This document shows positions 47,404 through 56,283 of a stretch of DNA of 60,442 bases, one piece after another. This stretch comes from a virus (lineage: Duplodnaviria > Caudoviricetes). The notes beneath the pieces were generated by a model that was not told the origin of the DNA, made no database searches, and saw only the letters and a list, made by a program, of their open reading frames with translations. The position numbers were made by a program, and so were the translations under genes. Each line of letters starts with the position of its first letter. Positions within the stretch are counted from its first letter, which is position 1. The stretch spans positions 1-60,442 of IMG/VR virus record IMGVR_UViG_3300035158_000136. The stretch is one strand, 5' to 3'.

Positions 47404-47615
47404 ACGCAGAGGCTTGGTACGACCACTTAAACTCTCTTGCAAGTCTCCTTGAGAGCTTGATAGAGAAAAGCGCATACGTTCCTCTCGGACCAGCAGATGG
47501 CAGTTTATATTGCCAGCTCTGCAATACGTTTGAACAGTATGCCAAAACGATGGAGGATTCGTTTCGTGAGAACCAAGGACGCGGCGGTACAAATCCAGAT
47601 GGAGGTTCGACGTAG
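47388..47615 (+). CDS. Small hypothetical protein
   Basis: GGAGG RBS; contains CxxC. Confidence 0.45.
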   Translation: MGGEINAEAWYDHLNSLASLLESLIEKSAYVPLGPADGSLYCQLCNTFEQYAKTMEDSFRENQGRGGTNPDGGST

Positions 47616-47898
47616 GACATTGAACCTCAGAGCCATTAAGCGAGTAGTCGAACAGTACAATTTCCGAGAACTCTGGGAATCATCGACGAAAGACGATCGT
47701 GAGTGGCTCATTGGCGCAATCGAAGAATGTGATATTGAGGGCGTTCGTGCGTGGATGCGAGAACGCAGTCTTGAGGATAAGACCAAACAGGAGTTGGTTG
47801 ATCTGGCCCGTTATCATGGCATCCCGAACTACAGTCGGATGCTGAAGTATGAACTTGTTGAGGCATTGACCAGTAATGGCAAAACAAGCACGCGCTGA
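47599..47898 (+). CDS. Protein with C-terminal Rho N-terminal-like (helix-extension-helix) domain
   Basis: LEDKTKQELVDLARYHGIPNYSRMLKYELVEAL. Confidence 0.7.
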   Translation: MEVRRRTLNLRAIKRVVEQYNFRELWESSTKDDREWLIGAIEECDIEGVRAWMRERSLEDKTKQELVDLARYHGIPNYSRMLKYELVEALTSNGKTSTR

Positions 47899-48280
47899 TG
47901 TCGAGAAACTTTTGAAGTCGATCGCATCACTATTGAAACTTGCGGGTATCCCAAAGCATCAGATCAATGTTGCTCAGGGTCCGCGGTACAACTCCAGCCA
48001 CTTCGCACGTGCGTTCGACTGGTTGCATGAGTTCAAACTCAGTGAAGAGTTTGTCGGTTTGCAGGAAGCATGGGACTTACGTCCGCCGGATGTTTGGGCG
48101 CATTACGAGTTGATCGGTGTTGAGGGTTTGGCGGAACAGTTGATTCTCGAAAAAGCGAAGAAGGCAGTACAGACTCGTTGGCGACAGAAACGACCCCGTA
48201 TGTTTGGTCCGAACAGGAGTATCAAAGATGGCAAGAACGACAGGCGTCAACGCGGCGCGCATCAAGGCAGTCCTGTATAG
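47876..48280 (+). CDS. Hypothetical protein
   Basis: ORF in an operon-like run. Confidence 0.55.
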   Translation: MAKQARADVEKLLKSIASLLKLAGIPKHQINVAQGPRYNSSHFARAFDWLHEFKLSEEFVGLQEAWDLRPPDVWAHYELIGVEGLAEQLILEKAKKAVQTRWRQKRPRMFGPNRSIKDGKNDRRQRGAHQGSPV

Positions 48281-48482
48281 CTGCCGGTTCAAGCCGACCG
48301 ATCCCGGTCCTATGAGAATTATTGCAGACGTTGGCAATCCTGTGTATTATCGCCAACGCGTTTGTGAATTGCTGAAAACGCTGGACGCTGAGGATTGTGA
48401 TAAGGAATCGGGTAACGCGGTCATGCGTCAGTGTATCTCGATTTTGGCGTTAGCGATTGCGGAGAGTGAAATCAACGAATAG
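48228..48482 (+). CDS. Hypothetical protein
   Basis: AGGAG RBS before the ATG at 48228. Confidence 0.55.
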   Translation: MARTTGVNAARIKAVLYSCRFKPTDPGPMRIIADVGNPVYYRQRVCELLKTLDAEDCDKESGNAVMRQCISILALAIAESEINE

Positions 48483-48523
48483 TGGTCCAATGGACCTAAA
48501 AACTTTAACCTTGGAGAAATCCT

Positions 48524-49015
48524 ATGAAGATTCAATCTGGTGACTACTGGTCGCGCGTTTCTTTTGGCAAGGTTCTTGAAGTTGGCGGCGGTAGCGTCGT
48601 TGTTCAGAATGAGGATGGACTCGAATGGAGCATCAGCCGTGACATCTTTGACAAGGAGTTCACGGTTGCGGATGCTTACAGTTCTGAGGGCCAAGATTCA
48701 CGAACCCGCATCCTGAAGAAGATACTGGAGTATCCGCGCACCGCGATCACGATTGCCTTTCGGAAGAAGGTGGAACCGAAGACCGTCATCGAAGCTGCGT
48801 TGGCGGCCGCAGATGAAGGCGACTTGAAGAAGGCTATTCGCAACGCCATGAAAGGTGAGTTGCGAGTCATGAAGGGCCGTCACTATGGGGACTTTGATGT
48901 CCACGGTCGTCTGAAGGTCGTCGATATGGAAGACCCGAAACGGATTTTGAAATCAGTTGATCCTCGTACTATCGAATGGGCCATTGTTAATGGCGTCAAG
49001 TACGAGGTCAAGTAG
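48524..49015 (+). CDS. Hypothetical phage protein
   Basis: GGAG RBS; C-terminal VDPRTIEWAIVNGVKYEVK, SH3-like pattern. Confidence 0.7.
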   Translation: MKIQSGDYWSRVSFGKVLEVGGGSVVVQNEDGLEWSISRDIFDKEFTVADAYSSEGQDSRTRILKKILEYPRTAITIAFRKKVEPKTVIEAALAAADEGDLKKAIRNAMKGELRVMKGRHYGDFDVHGRLKVVDMEDPKRILKSVDPRTIEWAIVNGVKYEVK

Positions 49016-49016
49016 C

Positions 49017-49721
49017 ATGGTTAAGATCGGGAAAATCCGGGCTGCGAAAGGGCCAGAAGCTAAGATTCAGAGCAATATCATTCGCTATCTTCGGATGCGC
49101 GATTGGTTTGTTAGATCCACTCACGGCTGTGCCTACCAGTCCGGTTTTCCCGATCTTTTTGCTGCTAAACGCCGTTACGGTCCACGATGGATTGAAGTCA
49201 AAAACGTAAAGAATTACAAGTTCACAGACGCACAACTTGATACTTTTCCTAAGATTTCAGCTTGTGATGTAGGAATCTGGGTGCTTCAAGAGGCAACCGA
49301 TGATTCCTATGAACGCTTATTCAAGGCACCAAACTGGGCAACCTACTTACAGGTTGCCAATCCGTATGCGCGGTTCCGTGCGAAGAAAGAAAAACCGAAA
49401 CAAGACTTACGAAAAGCAGGGCATGGGCCAGAGCGCGCTATACAAGATGAGATCATTGAGGCACTGACCCTAGATGGGTGGTTCGTGCTCGAAACCTTTG
49501 GTTCGTTGTTTCAGAGCGGGTTTCCTGATCTGTATGCTTGCAAACGGGGAGAAGGGCAACGCTGGATCGAAGTCAAGCAGCCCAAAGGGTACAAGTTCAC
49601 AGGCAGACAGTTGGAAGTTTTTCCGAGAATGCAAGCAGAAGGTGTTGGTATTTGGATTTTAACCTCAGGCGATCAATTAAGCCTGATTCACGAACCCCCG
49701 AATTGGCACAGGTTTCTATGA
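49017..49721 (+). CDS. Tandem two-domain VRR-NUC (PD-(D/E)XK) nuclease
   Basis: Two copies of GPE..IQ..II..L...W.V...QSGFPDL.A.KR..G.RWIEVK...YKFT..QL..FP...GIW.L. Confidence 0.85.
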   Translation: MVKIGKIRAAKGPEAKIQSNIIRYLRMRDWFVRSTHGCAYQSGFPDLFAAKRRYGPRWIEVKNVKNYKFTDAQLDTFPKISACDVGIWVLQEATDDSYERLFKAPNWATYLQVANPYARFRAKKEKPKQDLRKAGHGPERAIQDEIIEALTLDGWFVLETFGSLFQSGFPDLYACKRGEGQRWIEVKQPKGYKFTGRQLEVFPRMQAEGVGIWILTSGDQLSLIHEPPNWHRFL

Positions 49722-50194
49722 ACAAGCCAGAGCATATCCAGTGGGCATTCTGTCTTATCAAGCCAGACGCAATCGAGCGCGGCATGATTGGGAGGATATT
49801 CTCCCGCATTGAGGATGCGTTCCTGCAAATTGACATGATGCAGATGCGCCACAAGACGGCGGCATGGGCTGAGAAACATTACGGTATTCTCAACGATCAG
49901 CCGTTCTTTCCTGATCTTGTTAATTTCATGACGGTTCGCCCGATCATCGGTTTCGTTGTTTCGGGACCACATGCGATCAGTCGTTTGCGTAAGCTAGTTG
50001 GTGACACAAAGTCGTGGCAGGCCGCGCCTGGGAGTATAAGGGGCGATTGGGGAAGTTTCCCAGCCATGTATAACCTGATTCACGTTTCAGAGTCTCAAGA
50101 AGAGGCACCGCGTGAACTAGCGTTATTCGTTGACATCAACACTGATAATGTGGCGCAGGAGATCAAAGATGCCAGTCAACCGGTGCCAGAGTAA
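49718..50194 (+). CDS. ndk: Nucleoside diphosphate kinase
   Basis: LIKPDAIERG.IG.I, HY...PFF..LV.FM, R.LVG.T, PGSIRGD, NLIHVSES (catalytic His), RELALF. Confidence 0.9.
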   Translation: MNKPEHIQWAFCLIKPDAIERGMIGRIFSRIEDAFLQIDMMQMRHKTAAWAEKHYGILNDQPFFPDLVNFMTVRPIIGFVVSGPHAISRLRKLVGDTKSWQAAPGSIRGDWGSFPAMYNLIHVSESQEEAPRELALFVDINTDNVAQEIKDASQPVPE

Positions 50195-50357
50195 CGGCAA
50201 ACCCGGTTTCAAGTGGGGTGATAGCGGTAAATGTTACACCTACACGCCGGGCAACACGCAATCGAGAGTTCGTGCTCGTCAAAGAGCGGAAAAGCAAGGT
50301 CGCGCGGTATCAATCAGTAAGGCTCGGGAAGCCGGGCACCAGATCCCGAAGAGGTAG
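50169..50357 (+). CDS. Small basic phage protein
   Basis: MPV.RC...GKPGFKWG.SGKCYTY...A.KQGRA; AGGAG RBS. Confidence 0.65.
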   Translation: MPVNRCQSNGKPGFKWGDSGKCYTYTPGNTQSRVRARQRAEKQGRAVSISKAREAGHQIPKR

Positions 50358-50361
50358 TATC

Positions 50362-50847
50362 ATGGCCGTTGGTATCTTTCTTGACCTGTCGGACTTGTAC
50401 CACAGGGTAAATCGGAAGTTTGGGAAGAAGCTCAATTTCTCATCCGTCCTCGAAGTATTGAACGAGGAAGGCGATGTTGAGGAGCTTCATGCCTATGGTA
50501 TACAGCGCAACAACGAGGCTTCCGGTTTTATCACTTGTCTTCAACGGCTTGGATTTCAAACTCATTTCAAGTATCCTGAGATCATTCGCTGTGGCGATCG
50601 TGAGCTGAAACGCTCAAATTGGGAATGTGGGATTGCCTGTGACGTGTTTCGTTTCGTGCAGACACGTTTGGAAATATTCAAAGATGAAAAGGTGATTCTA
50701 GGCACCGGAAGCAATATCATGTCGCCACTTGCGAAATATCTCACCGAGACGGATCTTGAGTGTGTTGTACTGTGCTGTGGTGTCGGAAAGGAACTTCGGC
50801 ACCACGCATCGAGAGTCATCGAAATAACGGAGGATCTCCTTGAGTAG
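50362..50847 (+). CDS. NYN/LabA-like PIN-fold protein with degenerate active site
   Basis: GIFLDLSDLY, L.AYG, LQRLGF, VILGTGS...PLAKYL, L...ASRVIEI. Confidence 0.65.
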   Translation: MAVGIFLDLSDLYHRVNRKFGKKLNFSSVLEVLNEEGDVEELHAYGIQRNNEASGFITCLQRLGFQTHFKYPEIIRCGDRELKRSNWECGIACDVFRFVQTRLEIFKDEKVILGTGSNIMSPLAKYLTETDLECVVLCCGVGKELRHHASRVIEITEDLLE

Positions 50848-51022
50848 ATCGAAGAAGGGTGGGAAAGGTCCGGGCCATGAGTATTGGTCTCGCAGAGCGA
50901 ACGGCGAGGGTAAGCATCTACGCGACCCTGGACGACCGAACAAGAAAGCAATGAATCGGGCAGAGAGACATCGAGACAAGCAAAGGCTCAAAGACTATGA
51001 GATTCCGGGGACAACCGAATAG
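50840..51022 (+). CDS. Small basic hypothetical protein
   Basis: TTG start after GGAGG; SRSKKGGKGPGHEYWSRR. Confidence 0.5.
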   Translation: MSRSKKGGKGPGHEYWSRRANGEGKHLRDPGRPNKKAMNRAERHRDKQRLKDYEIPGTTE

Positions 51023-51608
51023 ATGGTCATGCAGTGTAGCCGCAGCGGCTATGGTCATGGACATTGAGATCCAAGAGCTAATTGATGGCATTGGGCACGA
51101 TGGGTCCGAGATCGTGTTTCCTGACCTACGGGAGCCGATGTGCCGTGCCGGTTTCGACATTCAGGAGATTATTGATTTTGCACTCAATTGTGGGTGGTCA
51201 ATAACTCCGATTGAAACAATCCCTGTGGTGACGTCGGACGGCGTGCAAACCCGAGAACTCTTTGAGCGAGAGAAGGCATATGCCAGAGTCGAGAACTACC
51301 TCAAGAGGTACAACGGCGTCGTCTACGGGCAAAGGTGGGACCAGAACTGGTGGCACGTTGTCGCTTGGGACAGTGAAAAGCAGCTTTGGCTTGATCCGTC
51401 TGGTCCGGTACTGCCGAAGGAAAAGCCGCCGATCAAAATCGCCACGTTCTACGTCTTTATGAAAAATGAGCACAAACTCGGACAAAGTTTCCTGAACGCA
51501 ATCGTGAACCGCGGTAGGACAGACCTGAAACCCGAGCCGGTCTTCCCTGACAAGATTGGACTCAAAGAAATGCCAGCCGCATACAAAGGGCCACCTCGCT
51601 TCGCGTAG
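50997..51608 (+). CDS. C39-like cysteine peptidase-fold protein
   Basis: QPNRWSCSVAAAAM (Q...C), HVVAWD, LDPS. Confidence 0.6.
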   Translation: MRFRGQPNRWSCSVAAAAMVMDIEIQELIDGIGHDGSEIVFPDLREPMCRAGFDIQEIIDFALNCGWSITPIETIPVVTSDGVQTRELFEREKAYARVENYLKRYNGVVYGQRWDQNWWHVVAWDSEKQLWLDPSGPVLPKEKPPIKIATFYVFMKNEHKLGQSFLNAIVNRGRTDLKPEPVFPDKIGLKEMPAAYKGPPRFA

Positions 51609-51648
51609 GCGCGGGCACGTTCAATATTTATTTTTAAGGCGCACACGC

Positions 51649-52146
51649 ATGTACGTGGATAACGCACGCAAGGCAGCTTTTATCTTACATCCGAGGGCAG
51701 CCTCGACTTCATTGTCTTCAGTATTCAACGGGATGAACCTGAAACTGGTGGGGACAAAGCATGGTGTAAGTCCTGAGATCCTTCGTCCTGATTGGAAAGT
51801 CGGATGTGTTGTGCGCAACGCATTCGACACCCTTGTTTCGTGGTATTACGTGCGACGACATTTTGAGGGTAGTTTCCACGATTGGCTGGAGCAAGAATCC
51901 GATTTCATGTGGCTTGATCGTGGAATGTTCTACGGTCTGCCATATGCGACACACGTCCTGCGATTCGAGCACCTACAAGATGATTTCGATGTGTTCTGTG
52001 ATGAGGTAGGTTGGCCTAGAACTGAGATTCCACATCGCGGCAAAGGTAAGGTCCGCGACGGTAAGCCATTCCAAGAGGTAATTCCAGGAATAGCACTTCC
52101 CGAGATCAAAATCACAGGAGACGGAGATGTTCAAGTGGCATGGTAA
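51649..52146 (+). CDS. Sulfotransferase family 2-like protein
   Basis: FILHPRAASTSL (5'-PSB-like), VVRNAFDTLVSWY (3'-PB), LRFEHLQDDF. Confidence 0.75.
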   Translation: MYVDNARKAAFILHPRAASTSLSSVFNGMNLKLVGTKHGVSPEILRPDWKVGCVVRNAFDTLVSWYYVRRHFEGSFHDWLEQESDFMWLDRGMFYGLPYATHVLRFEHLQDDFDVFCDEVGWPRTEIPHRGKGKVRDGKPFQEVIPGIALPEIKITGDGDVQVAW

Positions 52147-52303
52147 AGATCACAGTCGGTTTTGGCATTTCTGGGCGCGCTTGCTACCGCGTCCGTTGAA
52201 GCGTTGGGCGATCGTTGTCGCGACGGCTAACTACATGAGTGTTCACACGCACGTGAGTCCAGACTCGATTGATGTGATGGAACTTGTGAAATTCTACGAT
52301 TGA
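52127..52303 (+). CDS. Small hypothetical protein (58 aa)
   Basis: AGGAG/GGAG RBS; MFKWHGKDHSRFW...VKFYD. Confidence 0.4.
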   Translation: MFKWHGKDHSRFWHFWARLLPRPLKRWAIVVATANYMSVHTHVSPDSIDVMELVKFYD

Positions 52304-52328
52304 TTTCAAACTCAAAAACTCAACTCAG

Positions 52329-52388
52329 GAAAAAGAAAAAATTTTTAGTCGCTTGACAAGCGCTCAAAAATATAGTATAATAGTGTAG
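52329..52388 (+). promoter_or_regulatory. Consensus sigma70 promoter with UP element (early promoter)
   Basis: A/T-rich UP tract, TTGACA(52353-52358)-17 bp-TATAAT(52376-52381). Confidence 0.9.
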
Positions 52389-52428
52389 CCGGACTGTCGA
52401 ATTTTACTTGTCAAGTGGAGTTGAGTTC

Positions 52429-52626
52429 ATGAGTTCAAACTCAAGACACATTTTGGGAATCGGGACTGAGGTCAAACTCACAAGCAACGGTGATCTGATT
52501 GATCCTGATGCGGAACCGCAGATCGTCAAAGTCACTGGTATCACCAGGACACACGTCAACTTCAGCAACGGAGTTTCAATTAGTCATAAGGAAATCGAGT
52601 TCGCGTTGGATGCTTTTGGAGGTTAG
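52429..52626 (+). CDS. Small hypothetical protein
   Basis: First ORF after the early promoter; GGAG RBS. Confidence 0.55.
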   Translation: MSSNSRHILGIGTEVKLTSNGDLIDPDAEPQIVKVTGITRTHVNFSNGVSISHKEIEFALDAFGG

Positions 52627-52630
52627 TGCT

Positions 52631-52996
52631 ATGTTAAGCAGACGAGCGTTTTTGTATTTGCACGAGGCGGCGAAACTTGAGGTTGAAATCAATGGAATGT
52701 GCGAATCGCCGATGGATCAGCAGAAGGCTGAATGGTTGTGGCATTTCACACAACCCTACGTTTTGATCTACCATCCGACCTCGAAGCGAGGTTACTATCT
52801 GGATCGAAACTATAACTTCATCGTCGATGTTCAAGATCCGCCGATCCCAGGTGAGCCTGAACCGGGAGTACCGGAAGTCTTGACGCGGGTCATACCGCAT
52901 GAGACTGAACGCAGACACCAGGGTGCGGCCAACGGCGCACCAGAATGGGTTGACTATTACTCACCAAGCGACTTCACAACGTATTGGCTGTACTAA
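52631..52996 (+). CDS. Hypothetical protein
   Basis: GGAGG RBS before the ATG at 52631. Confidence 0.6.
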   Translation: MLSRRAFLYLHEAAKLEVEINGMCESPMDQQKAEWLWHFTQPYVLIYHPTSKRGYYLDRNYNFIVDVQDPPIPGEPEPGVPEVLTRVIPHETERRHQGAANGAPEWVDYYSPSDFTTYWLY

Positions 52997-52998
52997 TC

Positions 52999-53163
52999 AT
53001 GAAACGCAAGTGTGAACACTGTGGTAGTGACGAGGCTTTTGGAACAGTCATTCGTCTTGGCGGAATGGAATTGTTGCCGGTGCTTTGTTTTGAGTGTCGT
53101 AGTGAACTCTTCAACAAAATTGACAAAGTGATCACGACCTTCAACGAAGAAGTGACCGGCTGA
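52999..53163 (+). CDS. Small Zn-ribbon protein (54 aa)
   Basis: MKRKCEHC...LCFEC. Confidence 0.5.
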   Translation: MKRKCEHCGSDEAFGTVIRLGGMELLPVLCFECRSELFNKIDKVITTFNEEVTG

Positions 53164-53200
53164 TTTTAGAATCATAGCTGAAGATCAAAGGGATCTGAAG

Positions 53201-53704
53201 ATGAACATGCCTCGAATAGACATGCAGGCTTTATGGAGAAAGCTATCAGCCGAAGACATGGCGATTGTTCGTCGTGTTGTTCGTGATTGGAAACTCAGAA
53301 GTTCCCGCCCCAAGATCCACGATTCCGCCGAGAGCCGTTACGCTATCTACGTCTGGCGGATGGTTGCCTTCCAAATCTCACCCAATGTGCAGCATCACTG
53401 CATACCAACTACTTGCTTCTGGTATCTGCCAAAGAATACCAGTAAAGCCGTGATGCAGCGTCTTGACAGCATCGTTGATGCTATCTGTGATACGGTTCCC
53501 AACGAGGAGTGGTGGGGAATACGCGCCTGGTGCGGTCTAGACAGCTTGGAAGCTGCGGACGAACGCAAATTCTTTATGAAAGGATGGAAAAACGATGCGC
53601 GTTCGTACTTCGCTGATTCGGAGGCTCGTAAGGCTCGTTTCAAAGACTCCGCCGATCATGGTGGATTTCGAGAACACGCTGATACAGGGTCACCACCGTT
53701 TTAA
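53201..53704 (+). CDS. Hypothetical protein
   Basis: ORF in the early gene run. Confidence 0.6.
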   Translation: MNMPRIDMQALWRKLSAEDMAIVRRVVRDWKLRSSRPKIHDSAESRYAIYVWRMVAFQISPNVQHHCIPTTCFWYLPKNTSKAVMQRLDSIVDAICDTVPNEEWWGIRAWCGLDSLEAADERKFFMKGWKNDARSYFADSEARKARFKDSADHGGFREHADTGSPPF

Positions 53705-53991
53705 TGTTGCTCAGGGTTTGGGTATCCCGGTCTATGCCGAGTATCCAGACGGGTCTGTTAAGTTGATTGATGTTCTGGAGATTAAGAAATGACTATTGAG
53801 TGGTCGCCGATTGACAGTGCTGCGGAAGCGGAAGGTTGGGCTTTGAAACGTGCGTTCAAAATCAAACGACCTCAGAAAGCGCGCGGACCATCGAACAGAA
53901 GCCCACTGGCTCGCGACTATCGTTACAGCCCCAAGCGTAGGAGAGGGCCTGATTTATTGGAATTGTTGAATGTGATCGACGGGAGACCAAC

Positions 53992-54546
53992 ATGAGACTG
54001 CCGCCAAGGATTAAGAAGTCACGGCTCCCCACCGTGACTGAAGCTGTCAAGAGAGGAGACCCCGCGGCAATAAATGAAATGATCGAAGGACACATGCGAC
54101 TTGCAATGTCCGTAGTGAAACGGTGTAGAAACCGGTCAGAACTATGTTCGGTTGCCTTGTTCGCTGTAGTCAAAGCAGTTCATTACATTGCTGAGGGCAA
54201 ACTCACACACGACAGCCCAGACGCCTACATCGCAACCTTCATACACAGAGATGTGAGGAGGGCACAGAGGAGACAGGAGTACATTTCTGATAAGGATGGT
54301 TCACCGTATCTTCACTTTGACTTGCACGAGGATGACGCTGCTGGTTATACTCAGCACACGGCGGTCACAGTTGAAGAAACGGTCAATGCTATCACAGAGG
54401 ATAGAACTGACCGGGAAATAGTGGACTTGCTACAAACCGGTCACAGCGTAACTGAGATTGGACACCGTTTGGCCCTTCACAAGGGCAACATTTTCCGAAG
54501 AATCGCTGCCATTCGTAAGCGCTACAGGAGACTTGAGAATGAGTGA
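53992..54546 (+). CDS. Sigma-70-like transcription factor (regions 2 and 4)
   Basis: GDPAAINEMIEGHMRLAMSVV (region 2.1-like), AVVKAV...AYIATFI; C-terminal HTH GHSVTEIGHRLALHKGNIFRRI. Confidence 0.7.
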   Translation: MRLPPRIKKSRLPTVTEAVKRGDPAAINEMIEGHMRLAMSVVKRCRNRSELCSVALFAVVKAVHYIAEGKLTHDSPDAYIATFIHRDVRRAQRRQEYISDKDGSPYLHFDLHEDDAAGYTQHTAVTVEETVNAITEDRTDREIVDLLQTGHSVTEIGHRLALHKGNIFRRIAAIRKRYRRLENE

Positions 54547-54937
54547 CTTGTTATCGAAGTACAAAGAGACCGTCGAGAATCCGCCGAAGGCTGGTGACAT
54601 TCTCAAGACGTATGACGACTCGCCCGTGATACTGCACGTGCAGATCGAGGAAGGCAAGCCACCGTTTGTATACGGTCGAGCCTTTGTCTCCGAGGTCTTG
54701 GACGACACGCTCGGATGGTACGTTCGCGGTGAGAATGATGACCACAGCATCGGCTGGAAATGCGTGCTGATGACGCGGGCTCGCCGCGATGTCATCAAAA
54801 AGTGTGAGGTTGTGGATGATAAGGTTCGTGTCAGGTCACTGAGAGTCGTGCGACCCTCGGAGTCTGGACGTGCCCTTCTTTGCGAAGTTGAGGAGTATTG
54901 CGATGAGACTACTGGAAGTGAATCAGAGAACGGGTGA
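54539..54937 (+). CDS. Hypothetical protein
   Basis: AGGAG RBS; overlaps neighbouring genes. Confidence 0.6.
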   Translation: MSDLLSKYKETVENPPKAGDILKTYDDSPVILHVQIEEGKPPFVYGRAFVSEVLDDTLGWYVRGENDDHSIGWKCVLMTRARRDVIKKCEVVDDKVRVRSLRVVRPSESGRALLCEVEEYCDETTGSESENG

Positions 54938-55190
54938 TTTTGAACTCAACGGACAACCGATCGGCAATTACATGGAAGCTCAAGCCATCAACAGAGCAGG
55001 GATAAGAATTCTGCACAGCTTGGAGCACAACCCGTCCTACGGTGAGATTGTTGCTTGGCCGAACAGTTATGGCCCGCATCGTGTGCATCGTCTGTCAACA
55101 GTCATAGACGAGGCAACGAGCGCTTTTGTTGTGGTTCGTGACCGCTGGCAATGGGAGCCTAGACATGAGCACCGCTCGTCTGACGATTGA
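54903..55190 (+). CDS. Hypothetical protein
   Basis: GAGGAG RBS. Confidence 0.55.
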   Translation: MRLLEVNQRTGDFELNGQPIGNYMEAQAINRAGIRILHSLEHNPSYGEIVAWPNSYGPHRVHRLSTVIDEATSAFVVVRDRWQWEPRHEHRSSDD

Positions 55191-55443
55191 AGCAGTCTCG
55201 GCGATCATGGAGGTTGAAGTCAACTATCACTATTATCCACCCGAAGATCCAGGCGGCTACGGCCGATACCGTGTTCCCGGTGACGTTGAGCTTGTCAGTG
55301 TCAGGGTTCTTGAGTTCACGATCGACCAAGGCACATTCAAGCGAGAGGAAGCCAGCAACCCGGAAGCGTTGGACTTGGATGCCAACAACCATATCGCGGA
55401 TCACTGGGACAAGTACCTGGAGATACTGATCAATGAAGCATGA
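55165..55443 (+). CDS. Hypothetical acidic protein
   Basis: GGGAG RBS; VEV.YHYYP.E pattern. Confidence 0.55.
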   Translation: MSTARLTIEAVSAIMEVEVNYHYYPPEDPGGYGRYRVPGDVELVSVRVLEFTIDQGTFKREEASNPEALDLDANNHIADHWDKYLEILINEA

Positions 55444-55646
55444 TCCCAGCAAGCCGATCAGGAGCGTAGCGAAAGGATTTACTTATCGGTTGATCTCGAT
55501 GCCAGTCTCGCCGATCCTTGCCTACGCTTTTACCGGAAGTTAGGTTCTTGCTGGCAAATTGGGCGTTTGTGAGTTTTTGATCAAGGTTCTCTTGTTCTAC
55601 GTTCACGAGCGCGTTTGGCACCAGTTACCCTTCGGAAAGGAAGAAG

Positions 55647-55949
55647 ATGTTCGGCAGACGTAGAGTTGCAGAGGCAAAGCTCTCGATTGATGAGCATCCG
55701 AACACCGAGCGTCCGGTCCTGATGGCCGGCGAAGGTGGAACTTGGCGACTTATCATGGAAGTCGAAGACGTAGGTCTCCTTGAGTTTAGAATCAAAGGCA
55801 ACAATGTCAAGATGATTCTGGAGCGAGGAAACCAGATTTGCAACGTCACACCGCAAGCCTACAAACTCTTTCCCGGCCTTGAAAAAGCCGTCACTTGCAT
55901 GATCGAACGTTGGCGTTCCCTCAACATTATCGTCAAACCGGAGTCTTAA
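55647..55949 (+). CDS. Hypothetical protein
   Basis: AAGGA RBS. Confidence 0.55.
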   Translation: MFGRRRVAEAKLSIDEHPNTERPVLMAGEGGTWRLIMEVEDVGLLEFRIKGNNVKMILERGNQICNVTPQAYKLFPGLEKAVTCMIERWRSLNIIVKPES

Positions 55950-55950
55950 A

Positions 55951-56193
55951 ATGGCCGCACAATGGCAAAAGAACGAACTCAGAGAATCCATCGACGGCGC
56001 TTTTGACACCATGTCGGTGCAACAATTGTGGGCGATCACCAAGTTGTGCAAGTTCGTGCGACAGCGAGCCCGCAACAACGCCGCCTTCAACAACCTCATG
56101 AACGAACTGTTCCCGCACGCCCGATTCCGACAAGTTGAGAAGCAAAAGGAAAACGGCGAGACCTATCCTGGTCTGGAGATCACACTCAAATGA
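55951..56193 (+). CDS. Hypothetical protein
   Basis: GGAG RBS; adjacent to the previous gene. Confidence 0.6.
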   Translation: MAAQWQKNELRESIDGAFDTMSVQQLWAITKLCKFVRQRARNNAAFNNLMNELFPHARFRQVEKQKENGETYPGLEITLK

Positions 56194-56283
56194 ACTTCTG
56201 GCAACAAGACTGGTGGTGGTCCGGTCTTATCGCAACCGTGACCTGTCTCACTTTCGTATTCCTATACTGCTGGCGGAGGCGTT

